Below are positions 48,196 to 56,909 of a DNA stretch of 64,000 bases, piece after piece. The position numbers and the translations under genes are program-made. Numbering within the stretch: position 1 is the stretch's first letter; each line of letters begins with the position of its first letter. Below the pieces are notes generated by a model that worked only from the letters and a program-made list of their open reading frames with translations, was not told the origin of the DNA and did no database searches. The stretch is from Candidatus Micrarchaeota archaeon RBG_16_49_10 (GTDB lineage: Archaea; Aenigmatarchaeota; Aenigmatarchaeia; CG10238-14): positions 30,777 to 94,776 of the forward strand of contig MFRS01000003.1 in the NCBI GenBank assembly GCA_001784635.1, in the 5' to 3' direction.

Positions 48196-49303
48196 AGTAT
48201 ATCTTTACCGATTTTGATTTGTATTCCTTGTCTTTTGAATTCCCGATTAGATACCTAATGTTAAAATTTTCACATATGTTAATTATTTCCTCGTTTATGT
48301 CACTGTCAATCAAAACCATTTCTACGTCTTTGAGGTTTTTGTTTTCTAGGTTAAATTGTTTAATTGGCAACTTGTTCAAAAGCTTCATATTTCTGTCAAA
48401 TAAATAGGCTGCTTTTGTTCCAACCATCTTCTGCAGTATGTTCCTTATTTTTTTCTTGTTTTCTTCACTAAGATCTTTCCTAGAGTCAGAAAAGATATGC
48501 TCGAAAGGTATCTTTTCTCTTAAGGCAGAATAGATTTCCTTTCTGGTCAACTCCTCAACTTCCTTTCCCTCAGGGGCCCTAGCTACAAAATCTATGTTGG
48601 TCAGTTGGGTTATTTCTTTTAATATCAAATCACCACCCCTGTCGCCATCTAGAAAGAATGTCGTCGTCTTCTGTCTGCAAAGGTCTATTATTTGTGAAGG
48701 TATGGTAGCACCTCCCATCGCTACGACGTTTTTAATTCCATTTTTCAGTAAATTTACGACATCGGCTCTACCTTCAACTACAATAACCTCGTCGGCCTTA
48801 TCAACTTCTGGCCCCGCAACTAGATTGTTATAGGTAACCACCTCTGCAGCCCTGACTGACTCTTTTATGTTTTCTGTTAGTTTTGCCGTTTCAGGCATTT
48901 CCTCTTCCATTATTTTTTTCAGGATTCGTTTTGCCCTATCAACAACGTAATCTCTTTTCAAAGCCCTGATATCCTTTACGCCCCTTATTTTTATATCGGA
49001 CTCGCAAGGCCCTATCCTTTCGATGGTTTCGATCGCTGCGGCTATTAGAGCGGTCTCAGAGCCGTCCAAACTTGAAGGTATTTCAATTTTCCCTTTTGTT
49101 TTTCCTTTGGAAGTAGAAATGTTGACATCAATTCTACCTATTCTCCCAGTTCTCTGCAACTCCCTTAAATCCAAGTCAACTCCCAATAAACCCTCTGTTT
49201 GACCAAAAATAGCTCCTATAACATCTGGTTTTTCAACAACACCTTCTGCGCTGAAATCCGCCTCTATCAAATATTTTATTGTAGATTGCGCTAATTTCCC
49301 CAT
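48179..49303 (-). CDS. dnaG: Archaeal DnaG (TOPRIM, exosome-associated primase-like)
   Basis: GVVEKPDVIGAIFGQTEGLLG, VVEGRADV, FLDGDRGG. Confidence 0.96.
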   Translation of the reverse strand: MGKLAQSTIKYLIEADFSAEGVVEKPDVIGAIFGQTEGLLGVDLDLRELQRTGRIGRIDVNISTSKGKTKGKIEIPSSLDGSETALIAAAIETIERIGPCESDIKIRGVKDIRALKRDYVVDRAKRILKKIMEEEMPETAKLTENIKESVRAAEVVTYNNLVAGPEVDKADEVIVVEGRADVVNLLKNGIKNVVAMGGATIPSQIIDLCRQKTTTFFLDGDRGGDLILKEITQLTNIDFVARAPEGKEVEELTRKEIYSALREKIPFEHIFSDSRKDLSEENKKKIRNILQKMVGTKAAYLFDRNMKLLNKLPIKQFNLENKNLKDVEMVLIDSDINEEIINICENFNIRYLIGNSKDKEYKSKSVKIYSKEDF

Positions 49304-49449
49304 AATAATCATCCTCCGTGTTTTCTTATTGATTTTTAGCGACCAACAAAAGCTCCGTATATTGGAGCCACATCTAAACTATCCTTTAAAAAATAGTTGA
49401 TGAACATGATGGTCACTATCATTTATATTGTTAACGATATTTATTTAAA

Positions 49450-49992
49450 CTACAATGAAGTCCTGCAAAAACCACAAAACCATTTGTTTTTGGCAATCAT
49501 CAAATCATCCGAGTAATTGCCGCATTTTTCACAAACACCAGACGTGGTTGTTTCTTTTATAAATGGCTCGTGCTCCTTCATCTTAAACCTCAGCTCTAAT
49601 ATGTCGAACATCTCTGGGGACAACCTGGCTATGTCTGTGTTCGTAACCATACCAACTATTTTCCCGTTTTCTAAGACAGGAAATCTCCTTATTTTATGTT
49701 TCTGCATTTTGTTTATAACTTCGTTTATAGAATCGTCTGGTTTGACATAAATAATTGGGGACTTCATAATGTCTTTTGTTTTTAGTTTTTTCGGGTCTTT
49801 TGCCGCCGCAACAACGTCTGTTATTATGTCTCTTTCGGTTATAATCCCAACGGGTTTGTTTTTATTGACAATTATGAGGGAACCAACCCTTTTAGATGCC
49901 ATAATCTTAGTGGATTGCTGTACTGTGTCGTTGACGTCGGCTGTAAAGAGTTTTTTTGTCATGACCTCTTTTACTTTTATTTCAATGGCCAC
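49450..49992 (-). CDS. CBS-pair protein with C-terminal zinc ribbon
   Basis: Two CBS domains (GIITERDI, IRRFPV, GMVTNTDI) plus GVCEKCG...CGFC. Confidence 0.85.
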   Translation of the reverse strand: MAIEIKVKEVMTKKLFTADVNDTVQQSTKIMASKRVGSLIIVNKNKPVGIITERDIITDVVAAAKDPKKLKTKDIMKSPIIYVKPDDSINEVINKMQKHKIRRFPVLENGKIVGMVTNTDIARLSPEMFDILELRFKMKEHEPFIKETTTSGVCEKCGNYSDDLMIAKNKWFCGFCRTSL

Positions 49993-50038
49993 TTTATCAC
50001 TAATTTTAATAAGGTTTTAAATTATTAAATAATTGTCT

Positions 50039-50404
50039 ATGATAAAAACTTACACGAAGGGCGCCAACGCTGAGAGGGAATTGGCCAATATATTCAAACA
50101 AAGGGGTTTTGTCGTTATAAGAGCCGCTGGGTCTGGAGGCAGCATATCTACCCCTGACTTGGTTGTGATTAAAAAAGGCCTTATTCTGGCTTTCGAGATA
50201 AAATCCTGGTCAAGGAAGCCCAGTTTAAAGAACGAGGAGATGTTGGACTTCAAGGAATGGTGTGAGGTCGCGGGCTGCCTTGGTTTCTTCGTCTGGAGAA
50301 GGAAGGGTGGTGATTGGGTTTTTCTGGATATTAAAAAGTATAACGGGGGTGTCATGAACGGTGGGTTGGGTCTTGAGGATCTGTTTTTCAATATTAATTT
50401 TTAA
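50039..50404 (+). CDS. hjc: Holliday junction resolvase Hjc
   Basis: KGANAEREL, VIRAAGSG, PDLV, FEIKS. Confidence 0.93.
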   Translation: MIKTYTKGANAERELANIFKQRGFVVIRAAGSGGSISTPDLVVIKKGLILAFEIKSWSRKPSLKNEEMLDFKEWCEVAGCLGFFVWRRKGGDWVFLDIKKYNGGVMNGGLGLEDLFFNINF

Positions 50405-50886
50405 CTTTTATAACCAAATTTCCTCAGAAGCTCTTTCCTCTCCTTTATGTCGTTCTCTTTTTCTATTCCCTTGCTCGCAGAGCCGTCTATAACACCTATA
50501 ACTCCCCTATTCCCTTCTTTGTTCTCCATTAAAATTATTTCTATGGGGTTCGCAGTGGCCGCAAATATATTCACAACCTCGTAAACGTCCTTAATCCTAT
50601 TCAAAATGTTGATTGGGTAGGCATTTTTTATAAATATTACAAAAAAATGACCCGCTGAAACTTCAAAAGCCAACTCCGCCGCTTTTTTTTGTAAAATCTT
50701 ATCATTACCGGAATGTCTGACAAGGCACGGGCCGCTAGCTTCACAGAAGCCAAGGCCAAATTTTACGTTGGGTACTGTATTCACTATAGCCTCGTGGATG
50801 TCCTCGACTGTTTTTATGAAATGGCTCTGGCCTATGATAACGTTGCACTCGGGGGGTACATTAACTTTAACGTTGATAATTTTCAT
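50401..50886 (-). CDS. Adenosine-specific kinase family (DUF355)
   Basis: NVIIGQSHFIKTVEDI, FCEASGPCL, AGH.F, ATANP, RGVIGVIDG. Confidence 0.88.
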   Translation of the reverse strand: MKIINVKVNVPPECNVIIGQSHFIKTVEDIHEAIVNTVPNVKFGLGFCEASGPCLVRHSGNDKILQKKAAELAFEVSAGHFFVIFIKNAYPINILNRIKDVYEVVNIFAATANPIEIILMENKEGNRGVIGVIDGSASKGIEKENDIKERKELLRKFGYKS

Positions 50887-50937
50887 TCGCCCACCATAAT
50901 TAATTAAAACTATCTTTAATATAAGTTATAAGGTGTT

Positions 50938-51624
50938 TTGATGAACTTTTTAGCTATAGGGGACCACCATAACGATATTGAGAACAACCTTTCATATATG
51001 GATAAAGTGCAAGAGGTTGGTTTTGACGCCATTTTGTATATGGGGGATTTCACAGATGTAAAACAACAGAGGGGTTTTGATCAGGTGGATATAGCTAGAA
51101 TAATAATAGAGGGGTTAAAGGTTTTTAAAAAACCTATTTTTGCGGTTCCGGGAAACAATGATAATTGGGACGTTGTTAGATTATTAGAGAAAGAAAAAAT
51201 AAGCGTTCATGGGAAAGGGAAGGTTTGGGGTGATTTTGGTGTATTTGGTTTTGGTGGTGCAAAAACCCCGTTCAACACCACAATAGAACCTAGCGATAGC
51301 GACCTTAAACAAGGACTTGAAAAGGCTTTTAGTAATGTAAAAGATTGTAAATATAAAATACAAATCACACACAACCCACCCAGACAAACCAAAGTCGATA
51401 TGATAAGAAGTGGTGTTCATGTTGGTTCAGATGTTGTAAGATCTTTTACCGAAGAAAAAAACCCTGAACTGGTTGTTTGCGGTCATATTCATGAATCAAG
51501 GGGGGTTGATATGTTGAAGAAAATTTTCCTTATAAACCCTGGGAGATTTCCTGAAGGATATTTTGGGTTGGTAAATTTTGAAGATGGTGTCGTCACTGGG
51601 AGGGTATTGAATTTAATTTATTAG
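50938..51624 (+). CDS. Calcineurin-like metallophosphoesterase
   Basis: GDHH, GDF, PGNND, THNPP, CGHIHE, NPG. Confidence 0.9.
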   Translation: MMNFLAIGDHHNDIENNLSYMDKVQEVGFDAILYMGDFTDVKQQRGFDQVDIARIIIEGLKVFKKPIFAVPGNNDNWDVVRLLEKEKISVHGKGKVWGDFGVFGFGGAKTPFNTTIEPSDSDLKQGLEKAFSNVKDCKYKIQITHNPPRQTKVDMIRSGVHVGSDVVRSFTEEKNPELVVCGHIHESRGVDMLKKIFLINPGRFPEGYFGLVNFEDGVVTGRVLNLIY

Positions 51625-51636
51625 ACACACCTAGTC

Positions 51637-51835
51637 GTTTCCTGTGGAACTGTTTTTTTAAAAAAATAAAAATTCAAGTCATTAAAATTAAAATTCTAAT
51701 TTTACTACTGTATAATAATATAATAATATAACATTGTTATATCAGTATATATAAATAATAAAAAACTCCACTCGAAACAATGGGGTGTGAGGTATATATT
51801 TTTTCCAATAGAAACGGTTTTATTTCCACAGGAAC
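51637..51835. other. oriC: Chromosomal replication origin (oriC): ORB elements flanking an AT-rich DUE
   Basis: Inverted ORB GTTCCACAGGAAAC (51637-51650, minus strand); ORB with G-string CTCCACTCGAAACAATGGGGT (51766-51786); mini-ORBs at 51803-51815 and 51824-51835; about 110 bp of almost pure A/T between; directly upstream of cdc6. Confidence 0.88.
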
Positions 51836-51850
51836 ATATTATAAAATATT

Positions 51851-53062
51851 ATGACAAAAGACGTCCAGACCATATTTCAAGAATTCATACAAAAAAAGAA
51901 TCAGGTGTTCAAAAACAGAGAAATGTTGAATTCCCACTTCACACCAAACACAATACCCTACAGGGACACACAAATCAACGTTCTAGCCTCTATATTAGCC
52001 CCTTCTCTTAAAAACAGCAGGCCCTCCAACATTTTTATTTATGGGATGACCGGCACAGGAAAAACCCTTGTGTCTAAGTTTGTGACGAACGAATTGGAGA
52101 GGATGTCAGCCCAGAACAACACCCAAATTAAAATATTATACGTCAACTGCAAAATGAAGAAAGTCGCGGACACCGAGTATAGGCTTATAGCCGAACTCAC
52201 AAGGATGTTGGGCCAGGAAATACCGATAACAGGTCTGCCGACAAAACATGTATACCAAACTTTTTTTAACATCGTAGACTCAAAAGATTGGTGTGTTGTC
52301 ATTATTTTGGACGAAATAGACTATTTAGTGGAAAAAATGGGCGATGGTTTTCTTTACAACCTAACACGAATAAATCAGGAGCTGGTTAACTCAAAAGTTT
52401 CAATACTTGGTATCACAAACGACCTAAATTTCATAGATATTTTAGACCCAAGGGTTAAAAGCTCTTTGGGGGAGGAGGAAATTTTATTCACACCCTATAA
52501 CGCGGTTGAACTTCAGGAGATATTGAAACAAAGATCGGCAGAGGGCTTCATAGACGGGGTTTTGTCAGAAGAGGTGATACCCAAATGCGCAGCTTTAGCC
52601 GCCCAAGAGCACGGTGATGCCAGAAGAGCCCTAGACTTATTGAGAATAGCAGGTGAATTGTGTGAGAGAGAAAATGAAAAGCAAATCACGGAAAAACATG
52701 TTGACACAGCCCTAGAAAAAATAGATTATGACAGAGTAACAGAAGTGGTCAAATCACTACCCAAACAGTCTAAACTAGTTTTATGGTCAATTATAAATTT
52801 GGTCGATAACAACCACGAAGACATACAAACCGGCGACGTCTACGGTGTTTACGAAGAGAAATGCAAGAGTTGTGGTTTACATCCCCTCACCCAAAGGAGG
52901 CTTTCAGATTTGATTTCAGAGTTGGATATGATGGGTATAATAAACGCTAAGGTCATCTCTATGGGGAGATATGGCAGGACGAGGAAAATTACACTTAGCG
53001 TCTCGCTAAACATTAAACAGAAAATAATAGAAAAACTTGAATCAACCTTAACTGTTTGTTAG
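51851..53062 (+). CDS. cdc6: Orc1/Cdc6 replication initiator
   Basis: GMTGTGKT, ILDEID, DPRVKSSL, HGDARRALDLLR, wHTH ISELDMMGII...GRYGRT. Confidence 0.97.
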   Translation: MTKDVQTIFQEFIQKKNQVFKNREMLNSHFTPNTIPYRDTQINVLASILAPSLKNSRPSNIFIYGMTGTGKTLVSKFVTNELERMSAQNNTQIKILYVNCKMKKVADTEYRLIAELTRMLGQEIPITGLPTKHVYQTFFNIVDSKDWCVVIILDEIDYLVEKMGDGFLYNLTRINQELVNSKVSILGITNDLNFIDILDPRVKSSLGEEEILFTPYNAVELQEILKQRSAEGFIDGVLSEEVIPKCAALAAQEHGDARRALDLLRIAGELCERENEKQITEKHVDTALEKIDYDRVTEVVKSLPKQSKLVLWSIINLVDNNHEDIQTGDVYGVYEEKCKSCGLHPLTQRRLSDLISELDMMGIINAKVISMGRYGRTRKITLSVSLNIKQKIIEKLESTLTVC

Positions 53063-53078
53063 TTTTGGTGGTGATTTT

Positions 53079-54062
53079 ATGGAAGACAAAGAAATAATAG
53101 ACATTTTCATAAAAAACGGCTTCCAACTATCCCACGAAGTCTTAGAAATAATAAAAACCAACCCCGAGCACTTTTTGGTTGAATTTAAAAAATTAAAACC
53201 AAGGCCTTTTATAATAACAAAAAGGCACCTCGAAGAAATTAGTAGAAATGTAAAACCGTCACTTACTGTTAAAAAACTAAACACAAACGGCGAAAACACC
53301 ATAAATCAACTAAACAAATCTTACATCACCCATTATAAAAAAATAAAAGAAAAAATTATCGAAAGCTATTCTCCTGAAAATTTAATTTCTATCAATAACA
53401 TCCCTGAAGAAAAGAAGCCCTTTTCCGTAATATGCATGGTGAGAGAAAAGGGGGATAAACATATTTTAGCCGAGGATTCAACAGGAGATACCCACATTTA
53501 TTTTGAAGAAGAAAAGGAAGGAGAAAACATTGATGTGGGCGACGTTCTAGGGTTTATTTGTGAGTCTGACGGGAAGAAAACAGTCCTCAAAAAAACATAT
53601 TTTCCCTTCCCAAAAATAGATCGGCAAGTGAAAAAAACATCTTACCCGTTGTCAATAGGTATATTTTATGACAATTTTATAGAGCAATCTAATATAAACA
53701 TTTTATACACAGATAATGAAAAATCTAAATCAGAAAATATTGTTTTGGTCGGCGAAGATTTTTCACCTACCCTATACATGCTGGATGGCTTTGAAATTTT
53801 AATATTACCAAAAAACCCACAACCCAAAAACAAAATACTGAAGATAGTAGATCAATTGATATTTTGGGGCCCCGGGAAAACGCAAATCCTCGATTTGGAC
53901 AGCCCCCCCGACCTGATAATAACCAGTTCAGCCGAGCATTTTCACCTAAACTATAAAAACACCACCATAGTCTCAATATCTGGCCCAGAAAATTATTTTA
54001 AAATAGATATGAATACACGCGAGATTCTAGAGTATAAGGTAAATTTATTAGAGGCGAAATAA
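53079..54062 (+). CDS. Inactivated DNA polymerase D small subunit (DP1) / Pol B-subunit-like protein
   Basis: DP1-like N-terminal helices (IFIKNGFQLS), OB fold (SVICMV...LAEDSTG...DVLGF...YFP), shrunken phosphoesterase region in which the DxH, GD, GNHD, HG and GHxH sites are all replaced. Confidence 0.72.
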   Translation: MEDKEIIDIFIKNGFQLSHEVLEIIKTNPEHFLVEFKKLKPRPFIITKRHLEEISRNVKPSLTVKKLNTNGENTINQLNKSYITHYKKIKEKIIESYSPENLISINNIPEEKKPFSVICMVREKGDKHILAEDSTGDTHIYFEEEKEGENIDVGDVLGFICESDGKKTVLKKTYFPFPKIDRQVKKTSYPLSIGIFYDNFIEQSNINILYTDNEKSKSENIVLVGEDFSPTLYMLDGFEILILPKNPQPKNKILKIVDQLIFWGPGKTQILDLDSPPDLIITSSAEHFHLNYKNTTIVSISGPENYFKIDMNTREILEYKVNLLEAK

Positions 54063-54066
54063 AAAC

Positions 54067-56781
54067 ATGGAAAACACCTTTCAGGTCCTGGATGTGGATT
54101 ATACCACTGTCAATAATTCCAAGCCTGTTGTCAGACTTTTTGGGAGAACCGAAAACGGAAGCTCTGTGACAGTTTTTTGTGACGATGCCTTGCCTTACTT
54201 TTACATCTCCCCGGCAGAAGGGGAGGAGGAGAAGGTAGAGCAATACATAAAAAACAACTTCAATGAGTTTTTGGTAAAAATAGAGCGGGTGGAAAAGTTT
54301 AATCCCATTGGGTTTTCTGAAAAAAAAATGAAATTGTTGAAGGTTTTCCTAAACAACCCAGCCAAAACCCCCCTAGTCAGGGACGATTTACTAAAAAACA
54401 AATCCATTAAAAAAATTTATGAGGCCGATATACTTTTCAAATACAGGTTTATGACCGATAAAAAAATTTCAGGCATGACTTGGTATTCTGTGGAAGGAGA
54501 CGGGATAAGGACCGATTCGGTAAAGACCGAGAGGAAGATAAAAGCCAAAAAAATTACCGAGCTAAAAAAAGAAGAAAACGCCAGATTCAAGTATATGAGT
54601 TTCGATATCGAGACGATTTCAGAGGAGGGTCTGGTTTCAGATTGGGAGAGAGACGAGATAATAATAATAAGCGCCTTTTTTTATCCTTCTTATAAAAACA
54701 GAAACTCGATGATATTCGTTGCAAAACCGGTAAAAAAAAGGGAAAGCGACGTTTTGTGCTTCAATTCCGAAAGGGAGATGCTGGAAAAATTTGTCGAGAC
54801 AATGGAGGACTTCGACCCAGATTTTATTCTGGGTTACAACATAAACAACTTCGACTTCCCGTACATTGAGGCCAGGCTCAGAAAGAACAACATAAAAAGG
54901 TCAATAGGCAGATGCACCCAGAAATCAATCATGGTGTCTAAGATAACAAACAGGTACAGGGTGACGGTGCCTGGCAGAGTGGTAGTTGATATTTATGATC
55001 TCGTGAAGGAGGCGACAGTCAAGTTCGGCCTTTACAGAGGGCTGAAGAGGTTTGGCCTCTCGGATGTTTCAAGGCTGATATTAGGCGAAGATAAAGTGGA
55101 CGTTGCCCATAGTGAAATCTCCTCTTTTTGGAAGGCTGGCGGCCCCAAACTCGAAAAACTTATATCATATTCTAGGAAGGATGCCGAATTGCCGCTGAAA
55201 ATTTTGCTTAATCAGAAAATGTTGGACAAATTCATCGAAATATCTAAAGTCAGCGGAATATTAATCCAAGATGCCCTGACAAGTGGTGAAACCATCAGGG
55301 TTGACAACCTTCTTCTCAGGGAATACAACAAAAGGGATTTTGTTATACCGAACAAACCAACTAACCAAGAGATAATGGAGAGAAACAACGAAAGGGCGAA
55401 AGTAGGCCTAAAAGGAGCTTTTGTCCTCAAACCAGAGGTCGGTTTTTACGATGACTGTGTTGTGTACCTAGACTTTAGATCGATGTACCCATCAATATTC
55501 AAAAGCCTAAACATATGCACCACGACATTGGTCGTTGATGGCGATACAGAAAACGAATTTTTTGAGACTCCTTTCGGATCCAAATTTGTGAAACACTCAA
55601 CACGTGAAGGTATTTTTCCGGCTATACTCAACTACCTGCTCGATGCAAGGGCTAAAGTGAAAAAGGAGATGAAAAGTGCACAAACAGAGGAGAGGAGAAA
55701 TTATTTGTATACCAAACAGTATGCTTTCAAAACTATAGCAAACGCTTTCTATGGCTATTCTGGCTACGTAAGGGCAAGATTCTATGTTCTTGACATCGCG
55801 AGTGGCATTACCAGCACTGGTAGAGAGTCTATTAAAAAAACAAAAAAAATAGTAGAAACAAAAACCCCATACAAGGTCATTTACGGGGATACAGACTCAA
55901 TTATGGTAAAAACTAACACAAAAAATATTGAGGAAGCTTTTGAAATAGGAGAGACAATATCTAAAACGGTTAACGATGAAATAAAGATATTACAGATTAA
56001 GCTAGAAAGCGTCTTTAAAACACTCTTGCTGCTGGCCAAAAAACGGTATGCCGCTTGGTCGTTCGAGCCCATCAACGATGGTTGGCAGGAAACCATCTTA
56101 ACCAAAGGTATAGAGACTGTCAGGAGGGACTGGTGCGATTTGGTTTCTGAAACACTAGAAAAGGTCCTTGTTACCTTACTGAAAGAGCAGGACGTGAAGA
56201 AATCCGTCACCCTTGTGAAGCAGATTGTGAATGACATAAAGGACAACAAAATCGACATAAACAAACTGGTTATAACCAAAAGCGTATCACGATCTTTGAA
56301 AAGTTACAAGGGGATTCAACCGCACGTCGAACTCGTGAAGAAAATGAAGAAGCGGGACCCGTCCTCTGCCCCTGGTATTGGTGATAGGGTTGGCTATGTG
56401 ATTGTGAAAGGGAACCAGCTCATATCGCAGAGGGCGGAAGACCCAAAATATATTATTGAGCACAACCTAAAGGTAGACTCAAAGTATTATATCGAGAGCC
56501 AGCTTTTACCTCCTCTAGAAAGGGTTTTTGAGGCCCTAAATGTCCACAAATCCGAGCTTATAGGTTTTGGGAGGCAGCTTGGTGTTTTTGAATCTTTAAG
56601 GAATAGTGTAAAGGAAGAGGACACAGTAGTCGACAAACTAACGGAGATAGACGATTTCATTTGCGTCAAATGCAATACAATATACCAAAGGCTTCCCTTG
56701 TCCGGTGTCTGCAGCTATTGTAAAGGGGAGATAATGTTCTTTAAAGGGGAAAAGAAGTCTAGGGTTTTCTCACCAAAATGA
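54067..56781 (+). CDS. polB: B-family DNA polymerase, Pol delta-like, with C-terminal DP2-type zinc finger
   Basis: Exo SFDIET, YNINNFD, YSRKD; pol DFRSMYPS, KTIANAFYG, YGDTDS, KKRY, KGIETVRRD; PIP-like RQLGVF; C-terminal FICVKCNTIYQRLPLSGVCSYCKGEI. Confidence 0.96.
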   Translation: MENTFQVLDVDYTTVNNSKPVVRLFGRTENGSSVTVFCDDALPYFYISPAEGEEEKVEQYIKNNFNEFLVKIERVEKFNPIGFSEKKMKLLKVFLNNPAKTPLVRDDLLKNKSIKKIYEADILFKYRFMTDKKISGMTWYSVEGDGIRTDSVKTERKIKAKKITELKKEENARFKYMSFDIETISEEGLVSDWERDEIIIISAFFYPSYKNRNSMIFVAKPVKKRESDVLCFNSEREMLEKFVETMEDFDPDFILGYNINNFDFPYIEARLRKNNIKRSIGRCTQKSIMVSKITNRYRVTVPGRVVVDIYDLVKEATVKFGLYRGLKRFGLSDVSRLILGEDKVDVAHSEISSFWKAGGPKLEKLISYSRKDAELPLKILLNQKMLDKFIEISKVSGILIQDALTSGETIRVDNLLLREYNKRDFVIPNKPTNQEIMERNNERAKVGLKGAFVLKPEVGFYDDCVVYLDFRSMYPSIFKSLNICTTTLVVDGDTENEFFETPFGSKFVKHSTREGIFPAILNYLLDARAKVKKEMKSAQTEERRNYLYTKQYAFKTIANAFYGYSGYVRARFYVLDIASGITSTGRESIKKTKKIVETKTPYKVIYGDTDSIMVKTNTKNIEEAFEIGETISKTVNDEIKILQIKLESVFKTLLLLAKKRYAAWSFEPINDGWQETILTKGIETVRRDWCDLVSETLEKVLVTLLKEQDVKKSVTLVKQIVNDIKDNKIDINKLVITKSVSRSLKSYKGIQPHVELVKKMKKRDPSSAPGIGDRVGYVIVKGNQLISQRAEDPKYIIEHNLKVDSKYYIESQLLPPLERVFEALNVHKSELIGFGRQLGVFESLRNSVKEEDTVVDKLTEIDDFICVKCNTIYQRLPLSGVCSYCKGEIMFFKGEKKSRVFSPK

Positions 56782-56795
56782 TAAACGTGAATTAT

Positions 56796-56890
56796 TTCCA
56801 CATGAAATGAAGGGGTGTGAAGTTCACATTTATAACGCCGTTATATACCTTGTTTTCCACATGAAACAAGGGGGTTACATGAAGTTCACA
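56796..56890 (+). repeat. Second ORB cluster: two direct-repeat ORBs with G-strings, each followed by TGAAGTTCACA
   Basis: TTCCACATGAAATGAAGGGGT (56796-56816) and TTCCACATGAAACAAGGGGGT (56855-56875); palindrome TGTGAAGTTCACA at 56816-56828. Confidence 0.75.
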
Positions 56891-56909
56891 GTAATCAATA
56901 ACAAAAAAG

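Noticed and set aside
56851..56868. TTTTCCACATGAAACA read as a bacterial parS site
   Set aside because: The adjacent G-string and similarity to the cdc6-proximal boxes fit an ORB better; reported as ORB
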